Positions 24,740 through 38,957 of a DNA stretch of 64,000 nt are shown one piece after another. This DNA comes from Octopus sinensis (taxonomy: Eukaryota). Below the pieces are notes generated by a model. That model ran no database searches. It was not told the DNA's origin and worked only from the letters and a program-made list of their open reading frames with translations. The translations under genes were made by a program, and so were the position numbers. Numbering within the stretch: the first letter of the stretch is position 1; the number at the start of each line of letters is the position of its first letter. The stretch spans positions 39,804,001 through 39,868,000 of the forward strand of contig NC_043008.1 of assembly GCF_006345805.1 (NCBI RefSeq), read 5' to 3'.

Positions 24740-26133
24740 TATATATATATATATATATGCTTATGCGCGTGCATATATTTATGTATATATATATACAGGC
24801 ACACTCACACATCTATGAATACACATTTTCCTTCTTTAATTTCATTAGTATATATATATATATATATACATGTAAATATGTGCGTATGTATATGCATATA
24901 AGTAAATCAACATTTATATAAACGTATGTATATATACGTGTATGTATACATAGATATAGATATATATGTATATATATATATATATAAGTATATATATATA
25001 TACATATATATATATGCATATAAATATGCATATATGTATGTTTGTGTGTGTGTATGCGTGTGTTTTTGAATGTATGTATGCATGAAGATATGTTCATCGT
25101 AAAAGATATTTTTGTTCATTTTTAAATTACTACAAGGATATTACCTAAAAGCAGACCGTAGATCATATCACGATTGGAATTTTGATTGCAATCCGAAAAT
25201 TCTTCACGAAGATCCTTAAATAACATACAGAAACAGGAATAGCGAATGGTACCATATTTCCATTAATGAAATAACATGCAAAAAAAGAGAAAAAAAAAGA
25301 AAAAGAAAGGAAAATTCTGCGTGGAAATGTTGAAGATAGCTTATTAAAGTGATTATACAAATTCTCCTTACAGATTTAGAGGTTAATGTAGCAAATTCAT
25401 AATCCAAGTTCTAAATGAAGTTGTAAGCTAGAGCGCAACAGTGAAGATCTACTGGTACGTCAAATAAATTTATATATATATATATATGTATATATACGCG
25501 CTTACATATATGTATGCATGCTGGTTTTTTCTGTGTTTGTGTGTTACGTATTTATGCTTTTTTCCGCAATCAATAGCTTTTCTAAAGTAGTTCGGCGTTA
25601 AAAACAAATTCTTCTTCCGTTCTGTATGTATTTATGTTTCATCAGTGAACTCAATTGTACATTTAATTATTTTTCTATCTTTCTACCACACACCCAACTT
25701 CTCATGTTTACCGCCTGAAGGTATTTATTATTTTAAGAAACGTTCCTTCTCACTTCCTTCTTGCACACACAAGCAGTTAAGCGCGAATACACACTCACAC
25801 ACAAACATTTAAGCACACATACACATGCACACACATACATCTTCTCCTACACCATATGACACATTTCACGCTTTTTCTAATACGTTAAATTCCAATAAAT
25901 ATTTTCTATAATTTTTATTTACCGAAGTACACGCATAGCTACATGCACACACGCACATACATACACATATACACACATAAAAACACGCATACACACACAC
26001 ACGGATATGCTTACACATATACACATATGCAAACATACACACTCACACAGACACACGCAAACACATGCAGATGCACACACACAAAGACACACAGACACTG
26101 AAAAGCACACATAAATACATCACTCATGCATAC

Positions 26134-26300
26134 AGGCCCAGGCGTAGCTGTATGAGGAGAAGTTTGCTCTCCAGCGACGTAGTACTTGGTTCAATCCCAC
26201 TGCAAGGAACCTAGGGCATTTGTTCTGTATCATACCCTTGTGCCGACTAAAATCTTGTGAGTGGATCTAGAAGACAAAAACTGAAATAAGCCTGTCATCT
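26134..26300 (+). mobile_element. SINE family B head, degenerate
   Basis: TGGTTCAATCCCACTGCAAGGAACCTAGGGCA..CTTGTGAGTGGATCTAG..AACTGAAATAAGCCTGTC. Confidence 0.7.
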
Positions 26301-27260
26301 ATATATATACAGGCACACTCACACATCTATGTATACACTCACAAACGTACGCACACATATAAATGCATATATGTGTGTGTATGTGTGTTCGTGTGTTTGT
26401 GTTTGTGCGTGTGGGTTGAACTTGCTTATATTCCAGTCAATTAGTTACGAATTTATACTTAACTATCTTGAAATAGCGAATAACTTATTTGTGTCGTTCT
26501 ACCTTTCGCTATACTGGAAAGGTTAGAAAGAAAACGGAAAACCTCAAATGGTTTGATCGTTGTTTAACTTCCTCAGATTTCATGCACGTGTCACAGAAAT
26601 ATACACACGCATACACATACATACACATGCACAGACACACACGAACATACATACACACGCACACACAAAAAGGAAAACCGTAATATACATGGAAAGTGCG
26701 CGTAAATCTTGCGCAAGTGTCTTCTAATGTAGCCACTATATGTTTGTCAGCCTAGTGTGGAAGCACGTTTTAAATTGTTCTATCACTCTACCTATACATG
26801 GTGTGTGCTTGTGTCAGTAAATATATGTTTAACGACACAAAGAGATACGTAGATTGAGAGACACACAGATAGGATAAGATAGGATGGATAGGTAGATAGA
26901 TAGATATAAATAGAGGGAGAGATGGTGAGAGATAGGGAGAGAGAGGCTGCTTTATACCTAAATTAACAGAGAGAGTAGTTTGATGGATGTATTTTAAACC
27001 AATGTTTAAATGAGAAACCTTAAAACACAATTACCTTTTTCATCATTACCTGCTTGTTTACGAGTTACTAGCTTTGTAGTATCTGAATAAATTAGCTCTG
27101 GGAATTCAATGCATTGTATTAAAATATTTAGAAGTACATCTACCCTTATGGAAAATCAGTGTGTAAAAATATAATGCTTATATCAACAGCTATTAAATTA
27201 TATGAGCGCGTATATTTTATGAACATTTTTATGTGTTCAAAGATATTTCATTTCAGCATG

Positions 27261-27389
<129 letters not shown>

Positions 27390-29173
27390 TGTGTGTGTTG
27401 ATATATAGACACACATACACTCACACACACACACATGCCATATACACTCACACTCACACATGCACAAATATATGTATGTATATATATGTATACACACACA
27501 TTTATATACATACATATATAACGAAAGACATAGGCATATTAATGGTTAAATAAATATGTGCAGTGTGTGAGGATTAATGCTATATGCATATGTGGTCTCT
27601 ATAAGTATGTAGACGCACGCATAGGAAGACACAAGCGTAGCCACCTACGCATATGTACATACACTTATGTAGATGTATGTATCTAATTGTACATATACGT
27701 ATCTATACAAAGAAAGAGCTGCACGGTTCTTTATAGAAGATATATTAAACCACTGAGTTACATGCCATTTTGGGAGAAAAAATGATTCCTCAAGCATACC
27801 GGTGTATTTGAACTAACATAATTTTCCGGTTGTGCATACTGTTTTGCAAGAAATATACGCGGCGCCAGATTTATGTTTATATATGATATTTTTTCTTTCA
27901 ACTTTTGTAGTATTTCAAAAACAGATATGAATAATAATATTAACTTAAAGTCTTCAGTGTTAAAGTGGATTTTGAGCAAACGAATGGAGATAACAAAAGG
28001 AATAGCGAATAAGTGCAAAAGCAAGAAAAATCCTGAATTTATCGTTGAGCAACTGATAGAAATAGATACTGGAATGGGTGTAAGTTAAAGAAAATTCGAC
28101 TAAAAGCATGAATATCACTAAAAATAGAAATAAACGAAACAACCAATGCACAGCGAGCAAAAAAATCATTTCATGTGTACTTTTAGAGTATTAGAAAATG
28201 CCGAAATATTCCCCTACGCTCATGTAATTGAATATACAGACCTACATTTACTTATTAGTCAATCCAGTGCATACGGTGAGTAAATATTTTTAAATATGAT
28301 AATATGACTCGTTTAAGTTTTGTGGTAAAATTGTATGATGTCAGGAAAGGAGCGACACCTATATGGAAAGCTCTTTTTCCTCTGATAGTGATTAGAAATT
28401 AAACATTTCTGTAGCTGTGAAGTTGAGTTTCAAGGCGCTGTAATATTTTCAGACTTTATATTAAAGTATTTAACGGAATTAGAAATTCTCTCTCTCTCTT
28501 TCCTTCCCCTTCTCTCTATTTTGTTTTTGTTTCTGAATTTGTTTTCAGCTGTACATACATTACATCTTACTTTCCCATTCTTTAAGGATATATTTTTATA
28601 GGAATCTTTCTAATTGGTTATGAAATCAGCATTATATGTTATCAAATTTCTTATGAAATTGCACTGGCTCTTAACGTCTCTCACTTCTCTATGCATGAGA
28701 AAATGAAAAATGTTTGAAATTCTGTGCATCAGATTTTTAACTCCACTTATATCTATTTAGCATGCTCATAATCGTAGAATCGCTTCATTTCGTGTGACTT
28801 ATATCGTCGGTGTAAATATAATAGAGGAAAAACATCAGACGTATTCGTTCACTATTGGTAAACATTTTCATTTACAACCTTATGTACCCACTCAAGGGTT
28901 AAATGCTAATCCCACTTATTTGGGTTTAAGTTAGCAATCCCAAACTGTAAAAGCATCACATAGGTAAAGGAAATATTATGAAGTCATTCCGGTAAACATT
29001 TTTGGTAGATATATACATCCCTGGAAGCTCCAAGGAGATATTGCCGCTGAACAATAAAGTATCGGGCAAGAAAACATATATCAAGGGTTATGCTATCATT
29101 ATATAAGTTAAAAAGAGAAAGAGAGGGAGGGAGGAGAGAGAAAATATTATTATTATTATCCTTATTATTATCC

Positions 29174-29224
<51 letters not shown>

Positions 29225-30134
29225 TATTATTATTATTATTATTACTATTAGTATTAATATTGTTGTTGCTTTTTGTTGCTGTTTTTAAACCCAAGTCTTG
29301 GGCCCCGTGGTACCTTTTTGCAACATAAAGCATAGTCGCATCACATAATAAGAATACAGCATAATTATTCCACTTCAAATGGCCCTGCTCTCTTTAAAGT
29401 TGCAACAAAATATTAAATCAGAGACAGACCCCATAAATTTCAAGAAATCTTTGGACAAATGCATTCATAAAGTCGCAGATAAACCTCCTACACCCGGATA
29501 TTTCTCCGTAAACAATAACTCTCTACTCGAATGGGCCATGTTGTCATATTCCTGAGATGAATGATTTTACCAGGTGGTGCAACTAAGTTAAACATGGCCT
29601 GAGCCAGAACTGGCCGAAACCTATGAAAGTATGAATCTATATGTATATTGTTGCAACATACAACACACACACATAATTAAATTAATAATTATAAATATAT
29701 ATTTGAAAATGACGAGGGTCTCAAATACCGAAAAACTTCAAGTTATACACAGGATTCCTTTCGGGCGAGTGAAAAAGTATTAAATTAATTAACATGTTAA
29801 TTGTTAACTGGGTCTAATTTCTGGATTAAAGTCACAAAACAGGCATTTTTTCTTCGGCAATACACTAAACGAGAAATATAAATACAAATCATTGTACATA
29901 CACAAAGCGGATCCGCCCGTCTACATACAAAAATAAGTCAGATTTATACTTTTTCACGATAACCACGTGTATATTGTCTTGTTTGAAACGAATAGCGATT
30001 TTATTGAATAAATTTACACATTAGTATTTCAAGATATTTTAATGTAATTTTGGAAAGTGTAACTATTAAGATGGGATGTCAGTGTTATTTTTATTTTTGC
30101 TTAATTTAGACGACAACATGTTCACCGCATCCTC

Positions 30135-30187
<53 letters not shown>

Positions 30188-30232
30188 CAACAATTTAATA
30201 ATAAAACATATACATCTATATGTATACATACA

Positions 30233-30271
<39 letters not shown>

Positions 30272-30276
<5 letters not shown>

Positions 30277-30443
30277 TACAGGACACCACAAATAAACGTA
30301 GAACACAACGTGAAACGAAAACATAGAATCAAACAAGGAAACGGACTTTTTTTAACAGCGAAAAAACAGTAAAAGACAAACAATACAAGGCATATTCCAC
30401 TTCATCAGCTGCCCCTGTTTCGACTCAATGCGTGTTTCGAAGG
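30272..30443. repeat. Short (TA)n-embedded interspersed element (inverted homolog at 53227-53360)
   Basis: ATGAGTACAGGAC..ACGT.GAAC.CAA.G.GAAACGAAAACATAGA..CAAAC is shared with the reverse complement of 53227-53360. Both sit in (TA)n. Confidence 0.75.
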
Positions 30444-30898
30444 TATATATATATATGAACACCAAGGTGGACTCCTAATATGCTAAAGATAGATGTCAAA
30501 ACGCCTTACCACGAAGAGTGTGTTCTCAAAAAAATTTCAGCAAGACGTCAGAACGTAAAAATGAGGAAAAAAAAATCAAAATCTAGGTATATTTTCATAT
30601 ATTTTCAATTGTCTTGCTCATTTTTATTTACATTCTGGCGTTTTGCTGAATTTTTTTTGAGAACCCACTATTCGTGGTTAGGCGATTTAGCGTCTATCTT
30701 TAGCATATTTGGAGTCCACCTGCAGTCATTCCTCTTAATTTTGTATACAATATAATTTTTAATCTTCGGATTTCTTAAATATGCTAAGCCACAGGTTTTA
30801 ATTAATTAATATCAATGTCTACCCCACCATTGTTTAAATATATATATAATATTATATTATATATATATATATTATACACACACACACACACACATACA

Positions 30899-30934
<36 letters not shown>

Positions 30935-30969
30935 TATATAGAGAGAAAGATAGATAGATACACACACAC

Positions 30970-31056
<87 letters not shown>

Positions 31057-31821
31057 CATGTTATATATATATTTACAAGCAGGAATACATATTTGTGTGT
31101 GTTGCACTCTCTCTTCCTCTCTCCCTCACACTCTCTACACACGCATATATCTAAATACTGATAACTGCTTGTACATTTTTATGCGTGTGTATGGATTTTT
31201 TTTTGTGTTTCTTTATACATCATGCAATTTTTAGATATTTAAAGGCCATATGTATTTCAGCATTCTTATTAGTTTCCCTGTAAGTCAGTTTAAGGTTTTA
31301 CAGTTCAGGTAGAAGGAGGAAAAAAAACCTACCCACTATAATTGATAACAATTCAAAATGGCGTGTGATACTACGGTAAGGGAGGTAATTATCTGAAGCA
31401 TTGCAGCTGAAGTAATCGCTTAAGACGCTAATAGCGGAATATTTACACCTGGATTAATTTAAGATAGCCTTACAGCTACATATGCTAGATCCTTCGGGAA
31501 TATAATTTACGTCCTTGCGCTTGTTAAACGAAGACGTATTCTAAATTATATTTAACTATTCACACGTTCTTTCTCCTATGCGATGCACTGTGTTTGTTAG
31601 TGTGTGTGTGTGTGCCAGTGTGTGTATGTGTGTGTCCGTGTGTATTGAAATGTACTAATATATATATATGTACTTATGTGTACATACATCTACACATACT
31701 AACATACTAAAAAACGCACACACACCTGCATTGTGAGTGAAGTAGATATAATGGATATAGAAATATCTATCTGTCTATATATCTTGGTGTCTCCCCACTT
31801 CTCTCTTTTTATGTCTCCCCC

Positions 31822-31853
<32 letters not shown>

Positions 31854-32152
31854 TTGTGTAGCTGTGTGTGGGTGTGTATGTTTGTGTGTGCGGAATAATC
31901 ATAATGACATTAATAAGAATTCTCTCTGACCTCGGTACAATGTTCGAAATTTTTTGGTGATGACTCAGTTAAGTAAACCGACACCAGAACTCGACGGGCA
32001 ATTTTTTTTATTGACGTGAAAAGAATAAATAAGAAATTGGCAGTCTATAATAGCAAGTTCAACAAGAAGGCAATACCTATCAGACATCACAATATTTTCA
32101 TATTGTAACGGGAATATAAACAGAGAAAACCCCTTAATTAAATAATTGCAGC

Positions 32153-32366
32153 GTGGAAGGTGTTTATAAGACATTTAAGAAACACACAAAAGCCGTTAGA
32201 TCTTTGTGTGTTCACTGACAAAATTCCGTTCTGCATCTCGGTATTCTGTCAGTGAAAAGGTCGCGGTCTCAAAGCAACGAAAATATTTTGGCAACTTAAA
32301 TTTAAGTATTGAAGTGAATCTAACGGTTTTTGTGTGTTTCTTAAATGGCTTATAAACACCTTCCAC
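32153..32366. mobile_element. Fold-back MITE-like element with an internally deleted left arm
   Basis: 49-bp inverted repeat with 2 mismatches (32153-32201 vs 32318-32366), plus inner TTCACTGACA/TGTCAGTGAA. Confidence 0.75.
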
Positions 32367-32713
32367 ACTACAATTGTTTTCGTTCCAACACACGATCTCC
32401 GATCAGCTCACTTGCTATGCAAGTACATCACCGTAATGCCTTTAGATGTGTCTTGAAATTGAACAGCACATTCACATAAGGATAGGAAACATCAATATTT
32501 ACGAAGTCAAGGATCTCCTTCTTCATTTCATCGTCCTTATACGCAATGTGCATGGTGACCACCACTTTACACCTTTCTAAAATAATTTCTAAATAACTAT
32601 TTCAGAATATTTCAATCACCTAGAAAACTGGCCCGTCAACACCAGACTGAAGATATTACTTGTAAAATCTATTTTCTCTGTTCTTTCTGGCAACCACAGA
32701 AAATAACCCCAAA

Positions 32714-32915
32714 AGCTGGCAGAATCGTTAGCTCTGGGACATAAAGTTTGATGACATTTTTTCCGATTCTATACGTTCTGAGTTCGATTTCTCTCGAGGT
32801 CAACTTTGCTTTTCAACCTGTCGGAGTCGATAAGATAATGCACCAGTCAAGTACTGGGGTCGATTTAATTGATCTGTTCCTCATCAAAATCACTGACTTT
32901 GTGCTAAAATTAGAA
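32714..32915 (+). mobile_element. SINE family C, degenerate
   Basis: AGCTGGCAGAATCGTTAGC..ACGTTCTGAGTTCGATT..GAGGTCAACTTTGCTTTTCAACC..GTCGATAA..CTGGGGTCGAT. Confidence 0.8.
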
Positions 32916-33806
32916 TGAATTCAAATCCAGAATATTAAGCATTATATAAAATTCCGTTACTGCTTGAAAGGAAAGACAGAATTTTTATTTAAAAAGCAAA
33001 AGAATACATACATACATGTAAAGTAATCGCTTCAATACTTGGACAACAGATGCAAAAAGTAATATGTTGATTCTATTATGAACTAAAGAAATTCTCTGTA
33101 ACCATTGAATCTCTTCCCAACAAAAGGTAGTAAACTGCAAGGAATATAAAACAGCTAACATTTCGCTGCTCTCTCGAACAAACACAGTGTAGGGGTGCAC
33201 ATGAGAAATAGTTATTCTGAAGAGTAGAAAATGTCACCCTCTTATCAAGTCCACAGGCCGCCATTGATATGGTTGTCATCAGAATCTACGAACGAACTGC
33301 AGTGCAGTATGAAAGGAAAGAACTTTTATTTATTTATTTTGTGATCAGGGCTGCCTGACAACAATCTATGTAATCCACCGGTATATTTCAGAGAGTGCAA
33401 CATGGTCCTTGGCTGTACAAAGACGTATGTTTAACTGCAACGATGGACATTTGTTTCGTACGTATTCGGTCGTAGCCATAGGATTTTACAATCAGGACTA
33501 CTTCATGGCAAAATATCGCTAAAAATATAATAACAAAACTACCACTACTATAAACATATCTGTGGTGGTTGCCACAGTGTACTAAAATTACTGTCACTAA
33601 TACAACCAAAGCAAGCAATATGAGACACACATCTAATATCACTGTCATCACTAAAATCAATATCAATGCATTATCAATAAATGTACCAACACAACTCACA
33701 GTCCACCACCAATCAACATCAAAAGGAACGACAACAACAACAACAAAGCTCTCATCACTACAATGATTTCCCTGTATATATATATGTATATATATACATA
33801 CATACT

Positions 33807-33841
<35 letters not shown>

Positions 33842-34950
33842 TTAGAACCCGATATTTTTCCTTATATATATATATATATAACATACATATATGTATATAT
33901 ACATACACTACATATGTATACATCTATGAGACTTCGCAATCGATATCTATCAGAAAACCCGAACAGGAAGTATTGGTTGCCAGCGATTGGCCCACTCTGA
34001 CAGATGACAGATGTGTCACATTTTATATATCGTTCTGTCAAAGGCAGCTATATTTCTTTATCTATTCTTTATCAGCAACATTGGCTCAGTCGCAACCATC
34101 GCTATCATGTTTACATCACCAACAAATCAACAACAACAACAATACTGAAGACTACAGTTATCTTCACGAAACAACCCCCCACTAGTAACACCATTTAAAG
34201 CTAAGTCCTGATGTGACGGTCTTTCTTTTATTTTCCTTTGTACGGTTTTGCTAAAGATAGCTTTATATCCTTATCATTTTTCTCTTCCTGATACCACCAT
34301 TACCACCAAAACTACTACCGAAACTATTAAAACCAGCATCACTATGCCCGCTATTTTATCTACCTACAAAGAAAAGTAAAGTACATAGTTCTCTGATAAC
34401 CAGTTATATTTCATTCTTTTTCCTATTCTTAGAAAGATAATCGCAAATACTACGTTATTCATTTTTCTATTACTAAAAAGAAGACAAAGATCACTGCAAC
34501 CACTAGAACAAATATCACTTGAACTAAAGTTACATTTAAGAAAAGCAAGAAACATAAAAACAAAACTGAAGCGTACTACACATTTCTCTCAAAGCAGTTC
34601 TATTTGTTTTTTTCTTTTCTACACTATCAACATCACAAACCTCGCCTTAACTACTTTTACATCTCCCCATATCAGATCAAAATCCACCTGACAATATACA
34701 AAACAACACTACAGCAAAATATGTACGGCTTGCTTTGTATACACGGGTGTCAAAAACAGTTATGATTTTCTTGTATTTCTTGTATTATAAATACACCTAC
34801 TACGACTACGATTAGTACATAATTCAAAGACTACTACAAATAACTCTTGCGTACATGCCTACAACAGTGCACCCGCTCAATTCCTCCATTCATAAAATGC
34901 ACACATACACACACACATATACATTTACATATACATATACTACATACATG

Positions 34951-34993
<43 letters not shown>

Positions 34994-35010
34994 ATATATA
35001 TATACAAGAA

Positions 35011-35251
35011 CACTCCGTCGGTTACGACAGCGAGGGCCCCAGCTGATATGATCAAAAAGCAGCTTGCTCGTGAAATCCACGTGCAAGTCGCTGAGCACAC
35101 CAGACACGTGTACCCTTAGTAGTTCTCAGGAAGATTAAGTGTGACAAGGCAGGTCCTTTCAAATACAGGTACTACTCGTTTTCGCCAGCTGAGTGGACTG
35201 GAGCAGTATGAAATAAAGTGTCTTGCTCAAAGACACAATGCGCTGCCGGGA
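35011..35251 (-). mobile_element. SINE family A (core + tail X), 5'-truncated
   Basis: Reverse complement homologous to ~8735-8988. Confidence 0.88.
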
Positions 35252-35825
35252 GAGTGCCGCGTCCAGATTGCTTTTAAGTTATTCACTCCGAAGTTAGTAT
35301 GAGATTTCCTACGAAACAAATTTCTCACAAGACAATGAAGCCTTTTACTTTTATTAAGGAGAGCAGTAAACATAGACTGGAAATCCACACACAAGTTACC
35401 GTCAGTCGGAAAGAACTGCGTCCAGCATTAACATCAAACGCGCTCAACAACCACCGAAGTAATGGTTAGCGTAACTACCATCTAACCTGAACACAGGTTC
35501 TGCGAAGATAATCGTAGTTAGGGCAGGAGCAAAAACATAATCTGCAGAGACCCTTTCGTTTTTAGAATAATCAGAGAATTCTGATGAAACTACAGTTTAT
35601 ATTTATCAATATTATTAACTGAGAAAATATTCAGCGGCAGTAATATCATCACCATTAGGGGTTATCATAAACCACCATTAACGAGATCAATAGCAACAGC
35701 AATGCCATAATTACCCCTCTTTGCAACATCTCCACTGAAAGAGGTGCTCGATGTTCTCGATATAACAGCGAAAGCTCTGTTGAATCCCACCCAACCTTAT
35801 TTGAAAAAGTAAAGTCGTGAACTAT

Positions 35826-36233
35826 TTCTCTTTTACTCTCTTTTACTTGTTTCAGCCATTTGACTGTGGCCATGCTGAAGCACCAACTTTAGTCGAGCAA
35901 ATCGATCCTAGGACTTATTCTTTGTAAGCCTAGTACTTATTCTATCGTTCCATTTTCCCGAACCGCTAAGTTACGGGGACGTAAACACACCAGCATCGGT
36001 CGTCAAGCGATGTTGGAAGGGGACAAGCACAGGCACACAAACATATACATACACATATATATATATACATATATACGATGAGCTTCTTTCAGTTTCCGTT
36101 TACCAAATCCACTCACTTGATCGCCCCGAGGCTATAGTAGAAGACACATGCCCAAGGTGCCACGCTGTGGGACTGAACCCGGAACCATGTGGTTGGTAAG
36201 GAAGCTATTTACTACACAGCAACTTCTACGCCT
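35826..36233 (-). mobile_element. SINE family B, full length, with an internal (TA)/(TG) microsatellite
   Basis: Head AGGCGTAG..TGTGTAGTAAA..CCAACCACATGGTTCCGGGTTCAGTCCCAC; tail ..GATAGAATAAGTACTAGG..GTCAAATGGCTGAAACAAGTAAAAGAG. Highly similar to 37184-37920. Confidence 0.9.
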
Positions 36234-36349
36234 ATGTGTACATAAGAATGGAACAAATCGGGATAGTCACGTCTAGAATGTTTGATCATAGTTTGATCTA
36301 CTGGGATTTAGTTAGGCCTAAACAGTAGCAACCGCAACAGCAACAGCAG

Positions 36350-36460
36350 ATGTTCAAGAATTTGGACCTGGAGATCTCCATCTGCAGCGACTTCAACGGC
36401 CAGCTCCCAGTGGTGTAGGGCGTCAACGAAGAGCCCTCAACTACAACAAGACGACCTAAT
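36350..36460 (+). mobile_element. Possible LINE APE-endonuclease fragment
   Basis: LEISICSDFNGQ resembles the II.GDFN motif, in a GC-richer island. Confidence 0.3.
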
Positions 36461-37183
36461 TTTTTTTTCCAAGTTCTGGGTTCTCCCGCTCCTAAGCCCT
36501 AGACCATCACCTAATCACCCTTACCCGTCTTGTTGCTCAACAACAACAACAGCAACAACAACAGAACTAAAATTGTCACTAAAATAAACCATCAATGACA
36601 TGAACAAGAGTGGAAACGAAATGCAATGACTACATAATCCTCACAGCCATCGCCACTAGGGTCCCCACCACGATTACAATATGCAGCAACCACCACAATG
36701 ACAATAACAATTATGACGACTCACATGACGAAGTCAATGCTATCGCTACCATCGCTGCCAACCTCAAGAACACTGCAGTACCAACACACACACACACACG
36801 TACAACAATAACGAATCTCAATAAAATTATCTTTACTCCTGACAGCAACAACAACAACAACAGGATCCACATCTACGAATATATTAGTAACAAGCTGAGA
36901 AATCACTACAAGTGTTATTCCGTGTGTTACAGATCTGTCAGCGGTTATCTCAGCATCGCGTCTAATTGTAAAGTTAATAGCCATTGACAAGACTCCGCCT
37001 TCCAGTAAATTAATTAACAAAAAGCAAACCCAGCAATTACTATAGCAATCAGTAAAACTAGTATAGACTTAAAGTAATATACTTTTTCATCAGTGTTCTC
37101 TCTGACAGTTTAGTTTTATCCGAACCGTGGAGAAGTGTTAATCACTGTCAGGAATAGAGCTTCCCGTAAGAGTTCCATTTCCT

Positions 37184-37402
37184 ACTCTTTTTACTCTTTT
37201 ACTTGTTTCAGTCATTTGACTGTGGCTATGCTGGAGCACCACCTTTAGTCGAGCAAATCAACCCCAGGACTTATTCTTTGTTAGCCTAGTACTTATTCTA
37301 TCGGTCTTTACCCGAACCGCTACGTGACGGGGAAGTAAAAACACCAGCATCGGTTGTCAAGCGATGTTGGGGACACACATACATACACACAAACACATAC
37401 AC

Positions 37403-37433
<31 letters not shown>

Positions 37434-37475
37434 TATATATATATATATATTATATATATATATATAATATATATA

Positions 37476-37522
<47 letters not shown>

Positions 37523-37920
37523 CAGTTAATCCAAACAAGAAAGCACAAAAAAACACAACAACGCGGGAAGTGGAACAAATATAGTATTATTGGACGCTCA
37601 GGAAAGAAGGAAAGAAGGAGGGTTCAACGTTTCGAGCGGAGCTCTTCGTCGGAAACATAGGAGAAGGAAAGATCCAGAGAAGGGAAGACAGAGGAAATAA
37701 AATCGCCAACGGTACACACGAGGTCACATTTGTATATATGTATATATACATATATACGACGGGCTTCTTTCTGTTTCCGTCTACCAAATCCACTCAAAAG
37801 GATTTGGTCGGCCCGAGGCTATAGTAGAAGACACCTGCCCAAGGTGCCACGCAGTGGGACTGAACCCGGAACCATATGGTTGGTAAGCAAGCTACTTACC
37901 AGACAGCCACTCCTACGCCT
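37184..37920 (-). mobile_element. SINE family B with an expanded internal microsatellite and a nested insertion
   Basis: Head and tail match 35826-36233; the middle is expanded by (CA)/(TA) repeats and a 206-bp insert. Confidence 0.9.
37523..37728 (-). mobile_element. ~206-bp (TA)n-embedded insert carrying a minimal hammerhead-like motif (37622-37656)
   Basis: The minus strand reads GTTT-CCGACGA-A-GAGC-TCC-GCTC-GAAA-CGTT-GAAC, a Penelope-type minimal hammerhead layout. Confidence 0.6.
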
Positions 37921-38584
37921 GTTTAGAAATTAGATATTTCCTGTTTACAAATTAGAATTAACTCGTTTTTTTTTTTCTTCTTTCATCTGAGAAAAACGGT
38001 TCGCATCTCCTAATATATATTTTCACATTCTTTGGTCTCGCAATGTAACGAAACTGAGAACCATGTTTCCAGCAAATAGCGTTAATTCTGTTTAGATTTC
38101 AACCATACCTGCAAGACCTCCGATTTGGGAAGTTTATTTTATTTAAATTGACCTCACTATTTCACTGGTATTTTATTATAGCCACGTCCTGGCGAAATAC
38201 AATATGAATTCGAACACATGAAAAAATGTAAGAGTCTATAAATTCTACAACTAAATTATTCCGCCAAAGTTTATTCTTTATCTAAAGGAATTGAATAGAA
38301 ACACGATTCAAACACCATCACGTTGATCGCAACTGCGCAATTTAATATAGTACTTCGATATACAGTATTAGAAGGTATAATAAAAACATAATCATATCAG
38401 CGTTATTCAAGGCAGTACGTAGTCTAACTATGACTATCAAATCCAATATATCCCGCCATTTGAAAGGTAGGAAAACTTGTATGCAGCAAAATACTAGTAG
38501 ATACAGTATTTCCTAAAGCTGTCCCAACTTGGATTGTTTTTGATAATATATATATATATTCTCCACTACAGTAGTAGTAGTGAT

Positions 38585-38957
38585 GGAGGCGCAATGGCCC
38601 AGTGGTTAGGGCAGCGGACTCACGGTCATAAGATCGCGGTTTCGATTCCCAGACCAGGCGTTGTGAGCGAAAACACCTAAAAGCTCCACGAGGCTCGGGC
38701 AGGGGATGGTGGTGATCCCTGCTGTACTCTTTCACCACAACTTTCTCTCACTCTTACTTCCTGTTTCTGTTGTACCTGTATTTCAAGGGGCCGGCCTTGT
38801 TACTCTCTGTGTCACGCTGAATATCCCCGAGAACTACGTTAAGGGTGCACGTGTCTGTGGAGTGCTCAGCCACTTACACGCTAATTTCACGAGCTGGCTG
38901 TTCCGTTGATTCGGATCAACCGGAACCCTCATCGTCGTAACCGACGGAGTGTTTCCC
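38585..38957 (+). mobile_element. tRNA-derived SINE: related head, different body, tail X; 12-bp TSD
   Basis: A box TGGCCCAGTGG and B box GGTTTCGATTCC. The 3' ~190 bp match ~8810-8988. TSD AGTAGTAGTGAT at 38573-38584 and 38958-38969. Confidence 0.9.

Noticed and set aside
29596-29626. CTGA-GCCAG-AA-CTGGC-CGAAAC, resembling hammerhead stem II
   Set aside because: The core is incomplete and stems I and III are absent; at most a remnant.
30385-30443. CTGATGA and GAAAC on the minus strand
   Set aside because: They are in the wrong order and spacing for any hammerhead topology, with no stems.
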